NCBI GenBank assembly: GCA_041651395.1 | Contig: JBAZJI010000002.1 | Coordinates: forward strand, 13,010 to 77,009 | DNA from: Minisyncoccota bacterium | Lineage (GTDB): Bacteria > Patescibacteriota > Minisyncoccia > Minisyncoccales > JAGOPM01 | Length of the DNA: 64,000 bases | Reading direction: 5' to 3' | In this document: positions 17,688-25,433 of the stretch, piece after piece | Layout of the letters: each line of letters starts with the position of its first letter | Position numbering within the stretch: position 1 is the stretch's first letter | The notes under the pieces: model-generated | What the model was told of the DNA's origin: nothing | Database searches by the model: none | What the model saw: the letters and a program-made list of their open reading frames with translations, nothing else | Program-made: the position numbers and the translations under genes

Positions 17688-17966
17688 TCAAGGTTCAGGT
17701 TCAATGTTTATCGGTTGATAATACCACCCGTTCGATTCTGTAATGCTCCAAACGTTGTTGGGACATTCGACAATCGTATGGTATTTGTACCCCGTCATAA
17801 CAAGAGCATCATAAACCGATCTAAGTTTATATTCACTATCGGCAACGATGGTATAGATACCGTTGATACGACTGATTGAAAAACCGTAATCAACTTTAAG
17901 TTGCCTACTTAACAAACCGCCGTATTGTTCTTCTCTGAACTTTCCTATAAGCGTTAATGGTTTCAT
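17688..17966 (-). CDS. hypothetical protein, probably leaderless mRNA
   Basis: Start moved to MKPLTLIG: the first 8 codons of ORF 17688-17990 are the promoter itself; ATG lies 7 nt after the -10, no SD. Confidence 0.5.
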   Translation of the reverse strand: MKPLTLIGKFREEQYGGLLSRQLKVDYGFSISRINGIYTIVADSEYKLRSVYDALVMTGYKYHTIVECPNNVWSITESNGWYYQPINIEPEP

Positions 17967-17972
17967 ATCGGC

Positions 17973-18000
17973 ATTGTACCAGTATTGCAAAATATGTCAA
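17973..18000 (-). promoter_or_regulatory. promoter TTGACA-16-TACAAT (TG-extended)
   Basis: Reverse complement ttgacatattttgcaatactggtacaat; interleaved with the plus-strand promoter. Confidence 0.6.
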
Positions 18001-18012
18001 GTGTGGTACAAT
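17985..18012 (+). promoter_or_regulatory. promoter TTGCAA-16-TACAAT (TG-extended)
   Basis: ttgcaaaatatgtcaagtgtggtacaat upstream of 18040. Confidence 0.55.
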
Positions 18013-18039
18013 TAAGTTTATACTAAAAGGAGTATGTAA

Positions 18040-18849
18040 ATGAAGACTATTACACATAAGATTGAAGTTAAAGACTGCGCTAAGTTTTTGATGATGGGGG
18101 ATGTGCATATCGGCTCGCCGGGTTGTGACGAAAGTTTGTTGCAAAGTGTTGTAAAACGATTACAGGAAAAAGACACATACTATTTCGATTTGGGGGATAG
18201 GTGCGAATTTATCAATACTCATGACCCTCGGTTTGATCTTTCTTCGTTACCAAAGTGGCTTGAAATTGCCGATCTTGCAGATATTCCTATGGCTCAAATG
18301 AAGCGGTTTGTAGGGTTTGTTAAACCGTCTGCCTCAAAGTGTTTGGGAGCGGTTGAAGGAAACCACGAAACGGCAATTAAGAAGCATACCGATAGGGATG
18401 TATACAGTACAATCAATTCTATGCTTGGGCTTGATTCTAAGGTTTGTTTAGGAACATCGGCTATCGTTAAATTACAGTTTGTAATGTATGGAAAAGTAGA
18501 ATGGGCGTTAGATGTGTTTATACATCACGGTTCAGGCGGCGGCGGTAGAAAGTCAGGGGGAGCATTAAACCGACTTGAAGAACTTCCAATGGCGATTCAA
18601 GCCGATGTTTATGCAATCGGACACACTCATAAGAAGATGGGAAAGCAACAAGAAAGACTTTACCTAAACAACAAAAACAAACTGACCCATAAACCGATTG
18701 TGCTTATCAATACTGGCGCATTCTCTAGGGGGTTTACTGATACTGATTTTGGTGGTTATGCGGAGCAATCGCTTCTTTATCCGCAAGGTGTTGGCCCTGT
18801 CGAAGTGTGGGTGTATCCGTTACAGAAAGAAATTAAAGTTGTGATGTAA
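18040..18849 (+). CDS. calcineurin-like metallophosphoesterase
   Basis: Motifs GDVHIG, GDRCEF, GNHE, GHTH in canonical order. Confidence 0.75.
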   Translation: MKTITHKIEVKDCAKFLMMGDVHIGSPGCDESLLQSVVKRLQEKDTYYFDLGDRCEFINTHDPRFDLSSLPKWLEIADLADIPMAQMKRFVGFVKPSASKCLGAVEGNHETAIKKHTDRDVYSTINSMLGLDSKVCLGTSAIVKLQFVMYGKVEWALDVFIHHGSGGGGRKSGGALNRLEELPMAIQADVYAIGHTHKKMGKQQERLYLNNKNKLTHKPIVLINTGAFSRGFTDTDFGGYAEQSLLYPQGVGPVEVWVYPLQKEIKVVM

Positions 18850-18856
18850 GTACAAT

Positions 18857-18888
18857 AAAAGAGAGGGTAAATTTACCCTCTCTTTTTT
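18857..18888. terminator. bidirectional terminator between convergent genes
   Basis: Palindrome gagagggta-aatt-taccctctc flanked by A4/T6. Confidence 0.7.
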
Positions 18889-19408
18889 ATTTTACGTTCG
18901 GCATTAAGTCAAAAAACAAGTCTGCTCTATCTATTAAATTATAAAGATTGTCGCATACGAACACCTCTTTGCTTACTTGATTGCACTCCATTCTTGTAAT
19001 GCTATCAATTGCAGTTTGTTCCCATTGTGCCTTGCAAGACCACGTTTTTATGATCTTCGCTGTGGGCAATACCGTTTTGAATGTCGCCATTCTTGATTCT
19101 ATGCTTGAAGTAAACCCAAGTTTAATTCTGTTTTCCTCAAGTTCTGGAATTATAGAAATAATATAAAACACTCCAATACCACTTTCGACAATGACCATAT
19201 TCTCGTTAGGAATAAATCCGTTTGCTCTGCGCAATTCTATAAGATATTCTGTATCCTCTTTCGATAAAGCTAAAGTCAGTTGACCTTTAGTTTCAAGCGT
19301 CCTAACCCTAGAGAATACAAATCCATTATGTAATGCGTATTTTCTAGCATTAGATTTATCCATTCCCATTAACTTGCTTATTTCTAATAATGTTACAAAG
19401 TCATCCAT
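18887..19408 (-). CDS. T5orf172 / GIY-YIG-like domain protein with N-terminal HTH
   Basis: GVFYIISIIPELEENRIKLGFTSSIESRMATFKT resembles the T5orf172 core; N-terminal LLEISKLMGMDKSNARKY HTH-like. Confidence 0.55.
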   Translation of the reverse strand: MDDFVTLLEISKLMGMDKSNARKYALHNGFVFSRVRTLETKGQLTLALSKEDTEYLIELRRANGFIPNENMVIVESGIGVFYIISIIPELEENRIKLGFTSSIESRMATFKTVLPTAKIIKTWSCKAQWEQTAIDSITRMECNQVSKEVFVCDNLYNLIDRADLFFDLMPNVK

Positions 19409-19451
19409 TTAACTCTCCTTTTTATGCACAGTATTCTGTGTATGAATAAAT

Positions 19452-19480
19452 AGTATACCACGCCTTGCAATTCCTGTCAA
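19452..19480 (-). promoter_or_regulatory. promoter TTGACA-17-TATACT
   Basis: Reverse complement ttgacaggaattgcaaggcgtggtatact. Confidence 0.55.
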
Positions 19481-19482
19481 GT

Positions 19483-19511
19483 TTGCTTTTTACCGTCTTG
19501 TGTGGTATAAT
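19483..19511 (+). promoter_or_regulatory. promoter TTGCTT-17-TATAAT (TGTGGTATAAT)
   Basis: ttgctttttaccgtcttgtgtggtataat upstream of terminase genes. Confidence 0.55.
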
Positions 19512-19534
19512 AAAGAAGACAAGGATATTACAAA

Positions 19535-20041
19535 ATGATTACACAATTACATAACGAGAATTCAAAGCAGTATCAAGCTATCTGCGACTATTGGAGATTA
19601 GGAGCGAGCAGAAGTCTTAATCAGTTGTTGAAACAGTATAAGGAAGCGGAAAGCGCACCGGCTAAAACCTATATGGTTTTGAAGCGCTGGTATACTGATT
19701 TTGAATGGGAACGGCGAATTTCTGAGAATATCGCATTAGAACAAAAAGAACTGGAGGCACTTTACCAGGATGAACTGGTAAAGAATACCAAGCGCCGGTT
19801 TGATGTTTTAGACAGTATGTATGATCTGATTAAAGATATGACAGTTGATACTGAAGACATAAGCATATCTCAGGCGACAGGGGTGCTAAGATCGTTCTTA
19901 GATAGCACCGGTAGGGTGTTTAATTTAGATGCGCCGCTAAAGGTTGCACAAACTGACCCAACAGGAAAGAAAGAATATAGACCAAATACAGACTTGGCAA
20001 GTGTGTTAGAATTGTTGGATTTAGCTAAAGAGAAAAGTTGA
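19535..20041 (+). CDS. putative terminase small subunit
   Basis: 168 aa immediately upstream of and overlapping TerL; position and size only. Confidence 0.4.
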   Translation: MITQLHNENSKQYQAICDYWRLGASRSLNQLLKQYKEAESAPAKTYMVLKRWYTDFEWERRISENIALEQKELEALYQDELVKNTKRRFDVLDSMYDLIKDMTVDTEDISISQATGVLRSFLDSTGRVFNLDAPLKVAQTDPTGKKEYRPNTDLASVLELLDLAKEKS

Positions 20042-21573
20042 TAGATTTAGACAGCATTACAGAAGAAAAGATAACTGAGATTTGGCCTAAACTAACAGAA
20101 CGCCAAAGAGAAGCCCTTGCAATGGAGTTATCAGAACCGGCAAGAAAAGAGAAGTGTGGATTATACGATAATTCGGCTTCATTTTCAAAATGGGCAATGA
20201 GTTGGTTTTATGTCCCTGAGACCAAAAGCCCTATATTTCTCTATCCACATCAAAGAAAAGCTATTGACATTGCCACAGAACGAGACGCTAATGGTTTGTT
20301 TAAGTATTCTCTTGTTCACTATGGCGATATAAAAAAATCTGGGAAAACAACGATAGCTGCTATGATCGCGCTTCGTTTTGCTTTCCTTAGAGAGTGGACT
20401 TCAATTAAGGTTGTTGGTCAGAAGTTAGATCAGGCTAAATCTAGGAGCTATTTTTATATCTGCCGTGCTTTAGACTTAAACCCACAATTCGCAAAGATGC
20501 AAAGCGAAGGAAAAATTATAGTAAACAATTACACCATAAGGTTTACTGAGAACAATTCTATGATTCAGGCTATACCGGCTTCACCCTCTACTGAAGCGGG
20601 CGGAAATGACGACCTCATTATTTGGACTGAAATTGGAAGCGCAAAGACAGAAGCGGCGCAACAGTTATGGACCGAAATGGTTATACCACCAAGAAAGTAT
20701 GGATACGGTATAAAGTGGACTGAGGGATACGCTGGACATATCGGGGAAAGTCCAATCCTTGAAGAAATTTATAACAACAACGTTAAACTAGAATATCAAA
20801 TATCAGATAATCCAAAAATATATTCTAATGCAAGAACGTTTGTAATGTGGAATGATATTCCACAGTTAAAACGATTCCAAACCGACGAATATTATAAGCA
20901 GCAATCAACCGAACTTTTACCGAGTGAATTTGATAGGGTTCACCGGAATCAGTGGGTATCAAGTCAAAGTTCTTTCATACCGTATCAGTGGTGGGAAAGC
21001 TGCGCAGAGAATTTACCAGAATTAACGCAAAACGAAATTATGATTTTGGGTGTTGACGCGGCAATATCAGGGGATAGTTTTGCAGTTGTTGGCGTTACCA
21101 AACATCCAAAAGATAAGGATAGATTAGCTGTTAGAACTTTGAAAATATGGAAACCGAAACCCGGACAATCTATCATTTTTTCCCATCCTGACCCAAAGCA
21201 AAACGAGTTGTTACCAGATGGGTATATAACCGATCTGTGCAAGCGCTATAAGGTCAAGATGATAATGTATGACCCTTACCAACTGTATAACTTGGCAACA
21301 CAACACAATCTATCCAGAAAAAGTGCATTCTGGGAAGCGTTTAATCAGGGCGCACCTCGACTTGAGGCAGACGCTAACCTATATCATCTTATCCGAGAAA
21401 ACAAAATTGCCCATCCAAACTTTTTAGAGTTGAATGAGCAGGTTAAAAATGCAAATTCTCAAAGCGATGGGGAATCGAAAATGAGAATTGTCAAGCGGTC
21501 AGAAAGTCAAAAAATAGATAGTGTGGTAGCGCTTTCTATGGCATCTTTTATAGCTAAGAAGTTAAATTTGTGA
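20038..21573 (+). CDS. terL: terminase large subunit
   Basis: 511 aa; Walker A-like GDIKKSGKTT, acidic Walker B region DDLIIWTE, C-terminal nuclease-like segment with conserved D residues; TTG start. Confidence 0.7.
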   Translation: MIDLDSITEEKITEIWPKLTERQREALAMELSEPARKEKCGLYDNSASFSKWAMSWFYVPETKSPIFLYPHQRKAIDIATERDANGLFKYSLVHYGDIKKSGKTTIAAMIALRFAFLREWTSIKVVGQKLDQAKSRSYFYICRALDLNPQFAKMQSEGKIIVNNYTIRFTENNSMIQAIPASPSTEAGGNDDLIIWTEIGSAKTEAAQQLWTEMVIPPRKYGYGIKWTEGYAGHIGESPILEEIYNNNVKLEYQISDNPKIYSNARTFVMWNDIPQLKRFQTDEYYKQQSTELLPSEFDRVHRNQWVSSQSSFIPYQWWESCAENLPELTQNEIMILGVDAAISGDSFAVVGVTKHPKDKDRLAVRTLKIWKPKPGQSIIFSHPDPKQNELLPDGYITDLCKRYKVKMIMYDPYQLYNLATQHNLSRKSAFWEAFNQGAPRLEADANLYHLIRENKIAHPNFLELNEQVKNANSQSDGESKMRIVKRSESQKIDSVVALSMASFIAKKLNL

Positions 21574-21819
21574 TACGTTTTCATACCACCACTTTTCTTG
21601 ATTCTTTAGCCACCATTCCCAGGGTAAGTTTTTGTTTAGAGCAAGTTCGCACACTCTCTTTGACAGTTCCAAATCTGGCAATACATTAAACAGAAACATA
21701 TACCCATCCTTGGTTAAAATAGCCGGATGAAAGCCTGCTTCATTGTCATAGATTGAAGCGACAAAATTATTATCATCATACCCGTCTGTGGCTTCTTCTC
21801 GTGTTCTCCATTCAATCAT
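21562..21819 (-). CDS. hypothetical protein
   Basis: 85 aa, Trp-rich, SD aaggag. Confidence 0.55.
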   Translation of the reverse strand: MIEWRTREEATDGYDDNNFVASIYDNEAGFHPAILTKDGYMFLFNVLPDLELSKRVCELALNKNLPWEWWLKNQEKWWYENVSQI

Positions 21820-21822
21820 AGA

Positions 21823-21996
21823 TCACTCCTTCTCAGAACAATAACAATTGACTGTTTCCATACTTGCCGCTTGACCTAATGCCGCGCATTGGTTGACACA
21901 CTTCTGAGAAATGTGCATTGTAGGGCGCATTAAGATATACCAGATACAAGCCGCTGTAATCAGTAAAGCTAAAATACCTAACGCTTTCTTAATCAT
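21823..21996 (-). CDS. hypothetical small membrane protein (57 aa)
   Basis: Hand translation MIKKALGILALLITAACIWYILMRPTMHISQKCVNQCAALGQAASMETVNCYCSEKE*; SD aaggag. Confidence 0.5.
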   Translation of the reverse strand: MIKKALGILALLITAACIWYILMRPTMHISQKCVNQCAALGQAASMETVNCYCSEKE

Positions 21997-22004
21997 AATT
22001 CTCC

Positions 22005-22040
22005 TTAAAAAATAGGGGAATGAATTTTATTTCATTCCCC
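22005..22040 (-). terminator. rho-independent terminator at 3' end of tRNA operon
   Basis: 10-bp stem ggggaatgaa/ttcattcccc followed by T-run (tatttttt) on minus strand. Confidence 0.65.
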
Positions 22041-22092
22041 ATCTAACAGGGTACTCTATCACTATTAAACTGTTCTGGCAAAATTGCCATTG

Positions 22093-22166
22093 TGGATTCG
22101 ACAGGGGACGATCCTGTAACTTCTATTTTATGAGAATAGCTCTCTAACCAATTGAGATACGAATCC
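22093..22166 (-). tRNA. tRNA anticodon CAT (Met/fMet/lysidine-Ile not separable by eye)
   Basis: Hand fold GGATTCG-TA-TCTC/GAGA-CTATT[CTCATAA]AATAG-ACAGG[ATCGTCC]CCTGT-CGAATCC-A; T-loop atypical. Confidence 0.75.
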
Positions 22167-22170
22167 TTAG

Positions 22171-22243
22171 CGAACTCGGCAAGAATCGAACTTGCAATAA
22201 GTCGGTTAACAGCCGACTGCTATAACCATTTAGCCACGAGTCC
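22171..22243 (-). tRNA. tRNA-Asn (GTT)
   Basis: Hand fold GGACTCG...GTCGG[CTGTTAA]CCGAC...GCAAG[TTCGATT]CTTGC-CGAGTTC-G. Confidence 0.8.
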
Positions 22244-22247
22244 ATAG

Positions 22248-22332
22248 CGGAGATAGCAAGATTTGAACTTGCATTGCTTTTCAGCAAAACACCTTTCGAG
22301 GGTGCTCCAATGCCATTTATGGTTATATCTCC
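22248..22332 (-). tRNA. tRNA-Ser (CGA), class II with long variable arm
   Basis: Hand fold GGAGATA...GCACC[CTCGAAA]GGTGT, variable arm TTGCT-GAAA-AGCAA, GCAAG[TTCAAAT]CTTGC-TATCTCC-G. Confidence 0.75.
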
Positions 22333-22337
22333 AAATC

Positions 22338-22415
22338 TGCTATCTATACGATTTGAACGTATGTTTCTTAGTTTAACCGGTCACTAAGTGTACTATGCCA
22401 CTATACTAAGATAGC
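22338..22415 (-). tRNA. tRNA-like gene with 12-nt anticodon loop, identity undetermined
   Basis: Normal acceptor GCTATCT/AGATAGC, D arm GTAT/GTAC, T arm ATACG[TTCAAAT]CGTAT, but anticodon stem CTTAG/CTAAG encloses TGACCGGTTAAA. Confidence 0.5.
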
Positions 22416-22418
22416 CAG

Positions 22419-22490
22419 TTGCGGGAATTGGAATTGAACCAATCTATCAAGTTTATGAGACTTGTGTGTAAACCACTACACTATCCCGCA
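22419..22490 (-). tRNA. tRNA anticodon CAT (second copy; Met or Ile2)
   Basis: Hand fold TGCGGGA-TA-GTGT/ACAC-CAAGT[CTCATAA]ACTTG-ATTGG[TTCAATT]CCAAT-TCCCGCA-A. Confidence 0.75.
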
Positions 22491-22497
22491 ATAAAAG

Positions 22498-22568
22498 AGG
22501 CGCAAGTCAGAATCGAACCGACCTATTCACTTTTGCAGAGTGACACCTAACCACTTGGCTATTGCGCC
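22498..22568 (-). tRNA. tRNA-Cys (GCA)
   Basis: Hand fold GGCGCAA...TCACT[CTGCAAA]AGTGA...GTCGG[TTCGATT]CTGAC-TTGCGCC-T. Confidence 0.8.
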
Positions 22569-22573
22569 ATTAG

Positions 22574-22646
22574 CAGGGACGGCTTGCTTTGAACAAGTAC
22601 CTGCGGTTTTGGAGACCGCCGTTCTAGCCTGTTAAACTACATCCCT
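22574..22646 (-). tRNA. tRNA-Trp (CCA)
   Basis: Hand fold AGGGATG...GCGGT[CTCCAAA]ACCGC...T arm with one A-C mismatch...CGTCCCT-G. Confidence 0.7.
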
Positions 22647-22909
22647 ATAAAACTCCTTATTATTGTCGGAAGGTCCGATCGCCTATTCTTGTGATCTACC
22701 TAGCACATTTCGGCAACACATAGCGGCCCATATTCGGATGTAAATACCTAGTCCACAGTGCCGGGTTATTCTAGTATTTACAGCTTCCTTCCGTAACCCA
22801 TTCTATCGTCAATGTGCCACGATTTTCGCGCGATCAAAGCCCTAGTCATCTAACACACACTAAACACCTGCTAGTGTCACGCATAGAACAGGTTATTTTA
22901 ATGTACAAG
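22647..22909 (-). other. 263-nt unassigned non-coding insert inside the tRNA operon
   Basis: No ORF, no cloverleaf found; local hairpins (tcgga-agg-tccga; acacta...tagtgt); sits between tRNA-Trp and tRNA-Arg. Confidence 0.4.
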
Positions 22910-22983
22910 TGCCCCCGGAAAGACTCAAACTTTCGACCTTGCGATTAGAAGTCGCTTGCTCTATTCAACTGAGCTACGAGGGC
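22910..22983 (-). tRNA. tRNA-Arg (TCT)
   Basis: Hand fold GCCCTCG-TA-GCTC/GAGC-AGCGA[CTTCTAA]TCGCA-GAAAG[TTTGAGT]CTTTC-CGGGGGC-A. Confidence 0.8.
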
Positions 22984-23399
22984 AAATCGTCACAAACCAC
23001 AATCCCAACATATGATTATGGTATACGGTTACTTCATTGCTACCGTTGTAGTTAAGATTAGCATAGTTTACCGCTGCTTTTTCTGTTATAAATACTTTAG
23101 TGTATTTCATCCTCGTCTCCAAAAGTTGAAAGCACATTAAACTAAATCTATAAACTGAGACGGCTAGTTGGTTTTATCCTCACGTCTCAAGATGTCTTTC
23201 CACTCGTCGCCATAAAGTTTAATGTGCTTTCGATTTTCAGATCACGCCCTGTCACCGGCGAAACCGATTTATATTCCGCATTGTATTAGCTGCGCGATAC
23301 CCTTAAGGTTGTATCCACGTTTGTTAAGAAACTGTACTCACTTTCGTTTACACTGCCTTTATAAGTCGGTCTCATGTGCTTTGTTTCTTAACTGTCTAT

Positions 23400-23428
23400 A
23401 TTCTACACCCATTCTAAAAAAATGTCAA
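23400..23428 (-). promoter_or_regulatory. promoter TTGACA-17-TAGAAT, candidate tRNA-operon promoter
   Basis: Reverse complement of tgtcaa (23423-23428) and attcta (23400-23405); ~280-nt leader precedes the first tRNA. Confidence 0.5.
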
Positions 23429-23491
23429 GAGTTTTTCCAACGAGTTTTGGAAATTTGCTATTTTTGGTAAGTTTCGTCTTCTTAATTCGGC

Positions 23492-23519
23492 TTGATTATT
23501 CAAAACTTTATGCTATAAT
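23492..23519 (+). promoter_or_regulatory. promoter TTGATT-16-TATAAT (TGcTATAAT)
   Basis: ttgattattcaaaactttatgctataat 7 nt upstream of ATG 23526. Confidence 0.6.
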
Positions 23520-23525
23520 TAGCCT

Positions 23526-23780
23526 ATGTTGAAACGGATTATAAGAATGGTAAAAAATAAAGTTTGGAAAATTAAGTATAAACACTACCTTCATTCTAAG
23601 GAGTGGGCAGAGAGGCGATTTCTAGTATTATATCGGGATGGGTTTAGGTGTTCTATCTGTGGCGGCACAGAGGAACTAAACGTACACCACAAAACCTATC
23701 AAAATGTATTTCACGAACCGTTATCCGATCTTATAACGCTGTGTAGAAAATGTCATAAAAAGGAGCATAAAAAGAAGTGA
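23526..23780 (+). CDS. HNH endonuclease
   Basis: CSICGG...LNVHHKTY...LCRKCHKKEH. Confidence 0.7.
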   Translation: MLKRIIRMVKNKVWKIKYKHYLHSKEWAERRFLVLYRDGFRCSICGGTEELNVHHKTYQNVFHEPLSDLITLCRKCHKKEHKKK

Positions 23781-23971
23781 ACGTCTTAATACATCATAAT
23801 GATGAGGCTGGCGTGGTTTGGTATTCAGTGTGTAAAGAATCTGATCCTGGGTATTGGATAGATTCTTTTGATACCAAAAGAGAAGCAGAGAAGTTTTGTA
23901 GTGATAACGGTTATACAATCGTTGGGTTTTGGTGTTCTATAATCGGATGCAAACAACACAAGGGAGGCTAA
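23777..23971 (+). CDS. hypothetical protein
   Basis: 64 aa, GTGA overlap (GTG start) with HNH gene. Confidence 0.5.
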   Translation: MNVLIHHNDEAGVVWYSVCKESDPGYWIDSFDTKREAEKFCSDNGYTIVGFWCSIIGCKQHKGG

Positions 23972-23975
23972 ATTA

Positions 23976-25412
23976 TTGGAAATCTTAAAACAGATAGAAT
24001 TGCAGGAACGTGGTGATGCTGAGGTATTATCAGAAATATTTGAGAATAAACTTGTTTTTGACCACGAAGAACGACAGTGGTATATCTTTGAAAACAACTT
24101 CTGGCGAACCGATCATACCAGTCACGTTTATAATTTAGTGGAAGCCGTTGCGAAGTGTTATGAGGCAGCAATCAAACAAGCTGAAATTGACCCGGCTAAC
24201 TCTAAATATAGATTGTATAAGGCGCGTATCAATAGCCTTAGAAATAGAGCCGGTATTAAAAATGCTTTGGAACTGGCTACCGCTAAACTCGCTCTAAAAC
24301 AGAAATGGGATTCTAATCCGTTTCTATTGGCTGTAAAGAATGGTGTCATAGAATTAAAAACCGGTGAATTGAGAGAGGGTAAGCCATCGGATTATATCCG
24401 CAAAGTCGCCGATGTGGAATGGAAGGGACTAGAAGAACCTTGCCCACGCTTTGAACTGTTTATGCAAGAAATGTTTCCAAGAAACCAAGAAATTATTGAC
24501 TTTCTCCAAAGGATGTTTGGGTACTCTATCAGTGGTTTATCGGTTGAACACATTATGCCCGTCTTTTTTGGAGCACAGGGTAGAAACGGTAAAGATGTGT
24601 TATTGTCTACCATCTGCTCGGTATTAGGGGATGATTTAGCCAGTCCCATTTCAAAAGAGGTTTTATTAAGTGGACTTAAATCACCCGGTGCGAGTGCTCC
24701 ATTCCTGTATGAGTTACAGGGTAAGCGGTTGGTTTACTCCGATGAAACCAGCGAAGGTGCCGGATTTGATGAAAGCCAAGTTAAAATGCTATCCGGTGGC
24801 GCTCCTTTCGTTGCCAAAAAGTTGTATATGCAACCAACGATCATACATCCTGAGTATCTTTTAGTTCTGATAACTAACAATCGCCCGGTGGTAAGCGCAG
24901 AAGATGATGCTATCTGGGAACGGCTGGTATTAGTACAGTTCACTGAAAGATTTGTAGACAATCCTATTTATGACAACGAACATCCTCAAGACAAATACTT
25001 GAAGTATAAATTAGAAGAAGAAAAGAGCGGTATACTCGCTTGGTTAGTTAGAGGCTTTTTACAGTGGCAAGAAAAAGGTTTAGACATTCCCGACAGTGTA
25101 AAATACACCACAGACAATTACAGGACAGAACAAGATGCGGTAGGCCGTTTTATAGATACCGAATGTATCATAGACAATGATGAAAAGGTATCGGCTTCAA
25201 ATATCTTTAGATGTTATGAACAGTGGACACAAACCGATAGTGTTAAGAAATTAAATAGTAGAGAATTCGCCCGCAAATTGGAAGCGAAGGGCTTCCAGAA
25301 ACGGCGCTATGCTGAAGGCTACTTCTATTTAGGGCTGAACATAAAACCGACAGTCGAAATGGAACTTGAGAAATACTTAGAAGAGATACAACAACTAGAA
25401 GAACCCGCCTAA
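23976..25412 (+). CDS. D5/P4-family SF3 replicative helicase (primase-associated C-terminal domain)
   Basis: 478 aa; Walker A FFGAQGRNGKDVL, Walker B LVYSDE, D5_N-like upstream region; TTG start after GGAGG. Confidence 0.75.
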   Translation: MEILKQIELQERGDAEVLSEIFENKLVFDHEERQWYIFENNFWRTDHTSHVYNLVEAVAKCYEAAIKQAEIDPANSKYRLYKARINSLRNRAGIKNALELATAKLALKQKWDSNPFLLAVKNGVIELKTGELREGKPSDYIRKVADVEWKGLEEPCPRFELFMQEMFPRNQEIIDFLQRMFGYSISGLSVEHIMPVFFGAQGRNGKDVLLSTICSVLGDDLASPISKEVLLSGLKSPGASAPFLYELQGKRLVYSDETSEGAGFDESQVKMLSGGAPFVAKKLYMQPTIIHPEYLLVLITNNRPVVSAEDDAIWERLVLVQFTERFVDNPIYDNEHPQDKYLKYKLEEEKSGILAWLVRGFLQWQEKGLDIPDSVKYTTDNYRTEQDAVGRFIDTECIIDNDEKVSASNIFRCYEQWTQTDSVKKLNSREFARKLEAKGFQKRRYAEGYFYLGLNIKPTVEMELEKYLEEIQQLEEPA

Positions 25413-25427
25413 AGGGTTCTTTTTTTG
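25399..25427 (+). terminator. rho-independent terminator
   Basis: Stem aagaaccc/gggttctt plus T-run. Confidence 0.65.
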
Positions 25428-25433
25428 TTGTCA

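Noticed and set aside
21996-23000. Possibility that the tRNA cluster signals stop-codon recoding (suppressor tRNA)
   Set aside because: - The seven clearly folded tRNAs have sense anticodons: CAT x2, GTT, CGA, GCA, CCA, TCT.
- All long ORFs in the window are uninterrupted under the standard code.
- The aberrant tRNA-like gene has no readable suppressor anticodon.
22961-23110. 49-aa minus-strand ORF (MKYTKVFITEKAAVNYANLNYNGSNEVTVYHNHMLGLWFVTICPRSSVE*) with a GGAG-like SD
   Set aside because: Its last 23 nt run into tRNA-Arg, with the stop codon inside the D arm. It could be real, but the overlap with a tRNA makes it doubtful, so it is not listed as a feature.
23150-23200. CUGAGA motif suggesting a TPP riboswitch
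   Set aside because: Only the hexamer matches. The rest of the THI-box (the ACCUGAUCUGGAUAAUGCCAGCG-like segment) is absent on either strand.
23222-23470. 82-aa plus-strand ORF in the gap between the tRNA operon and the HNH gene
   Set aside because: - It is Cys/Leu-rich with low-complexity composition.
- It has no SD.
- It spans the minus-strand promoter and the inverted repeats.

The region is treated as non-coding.
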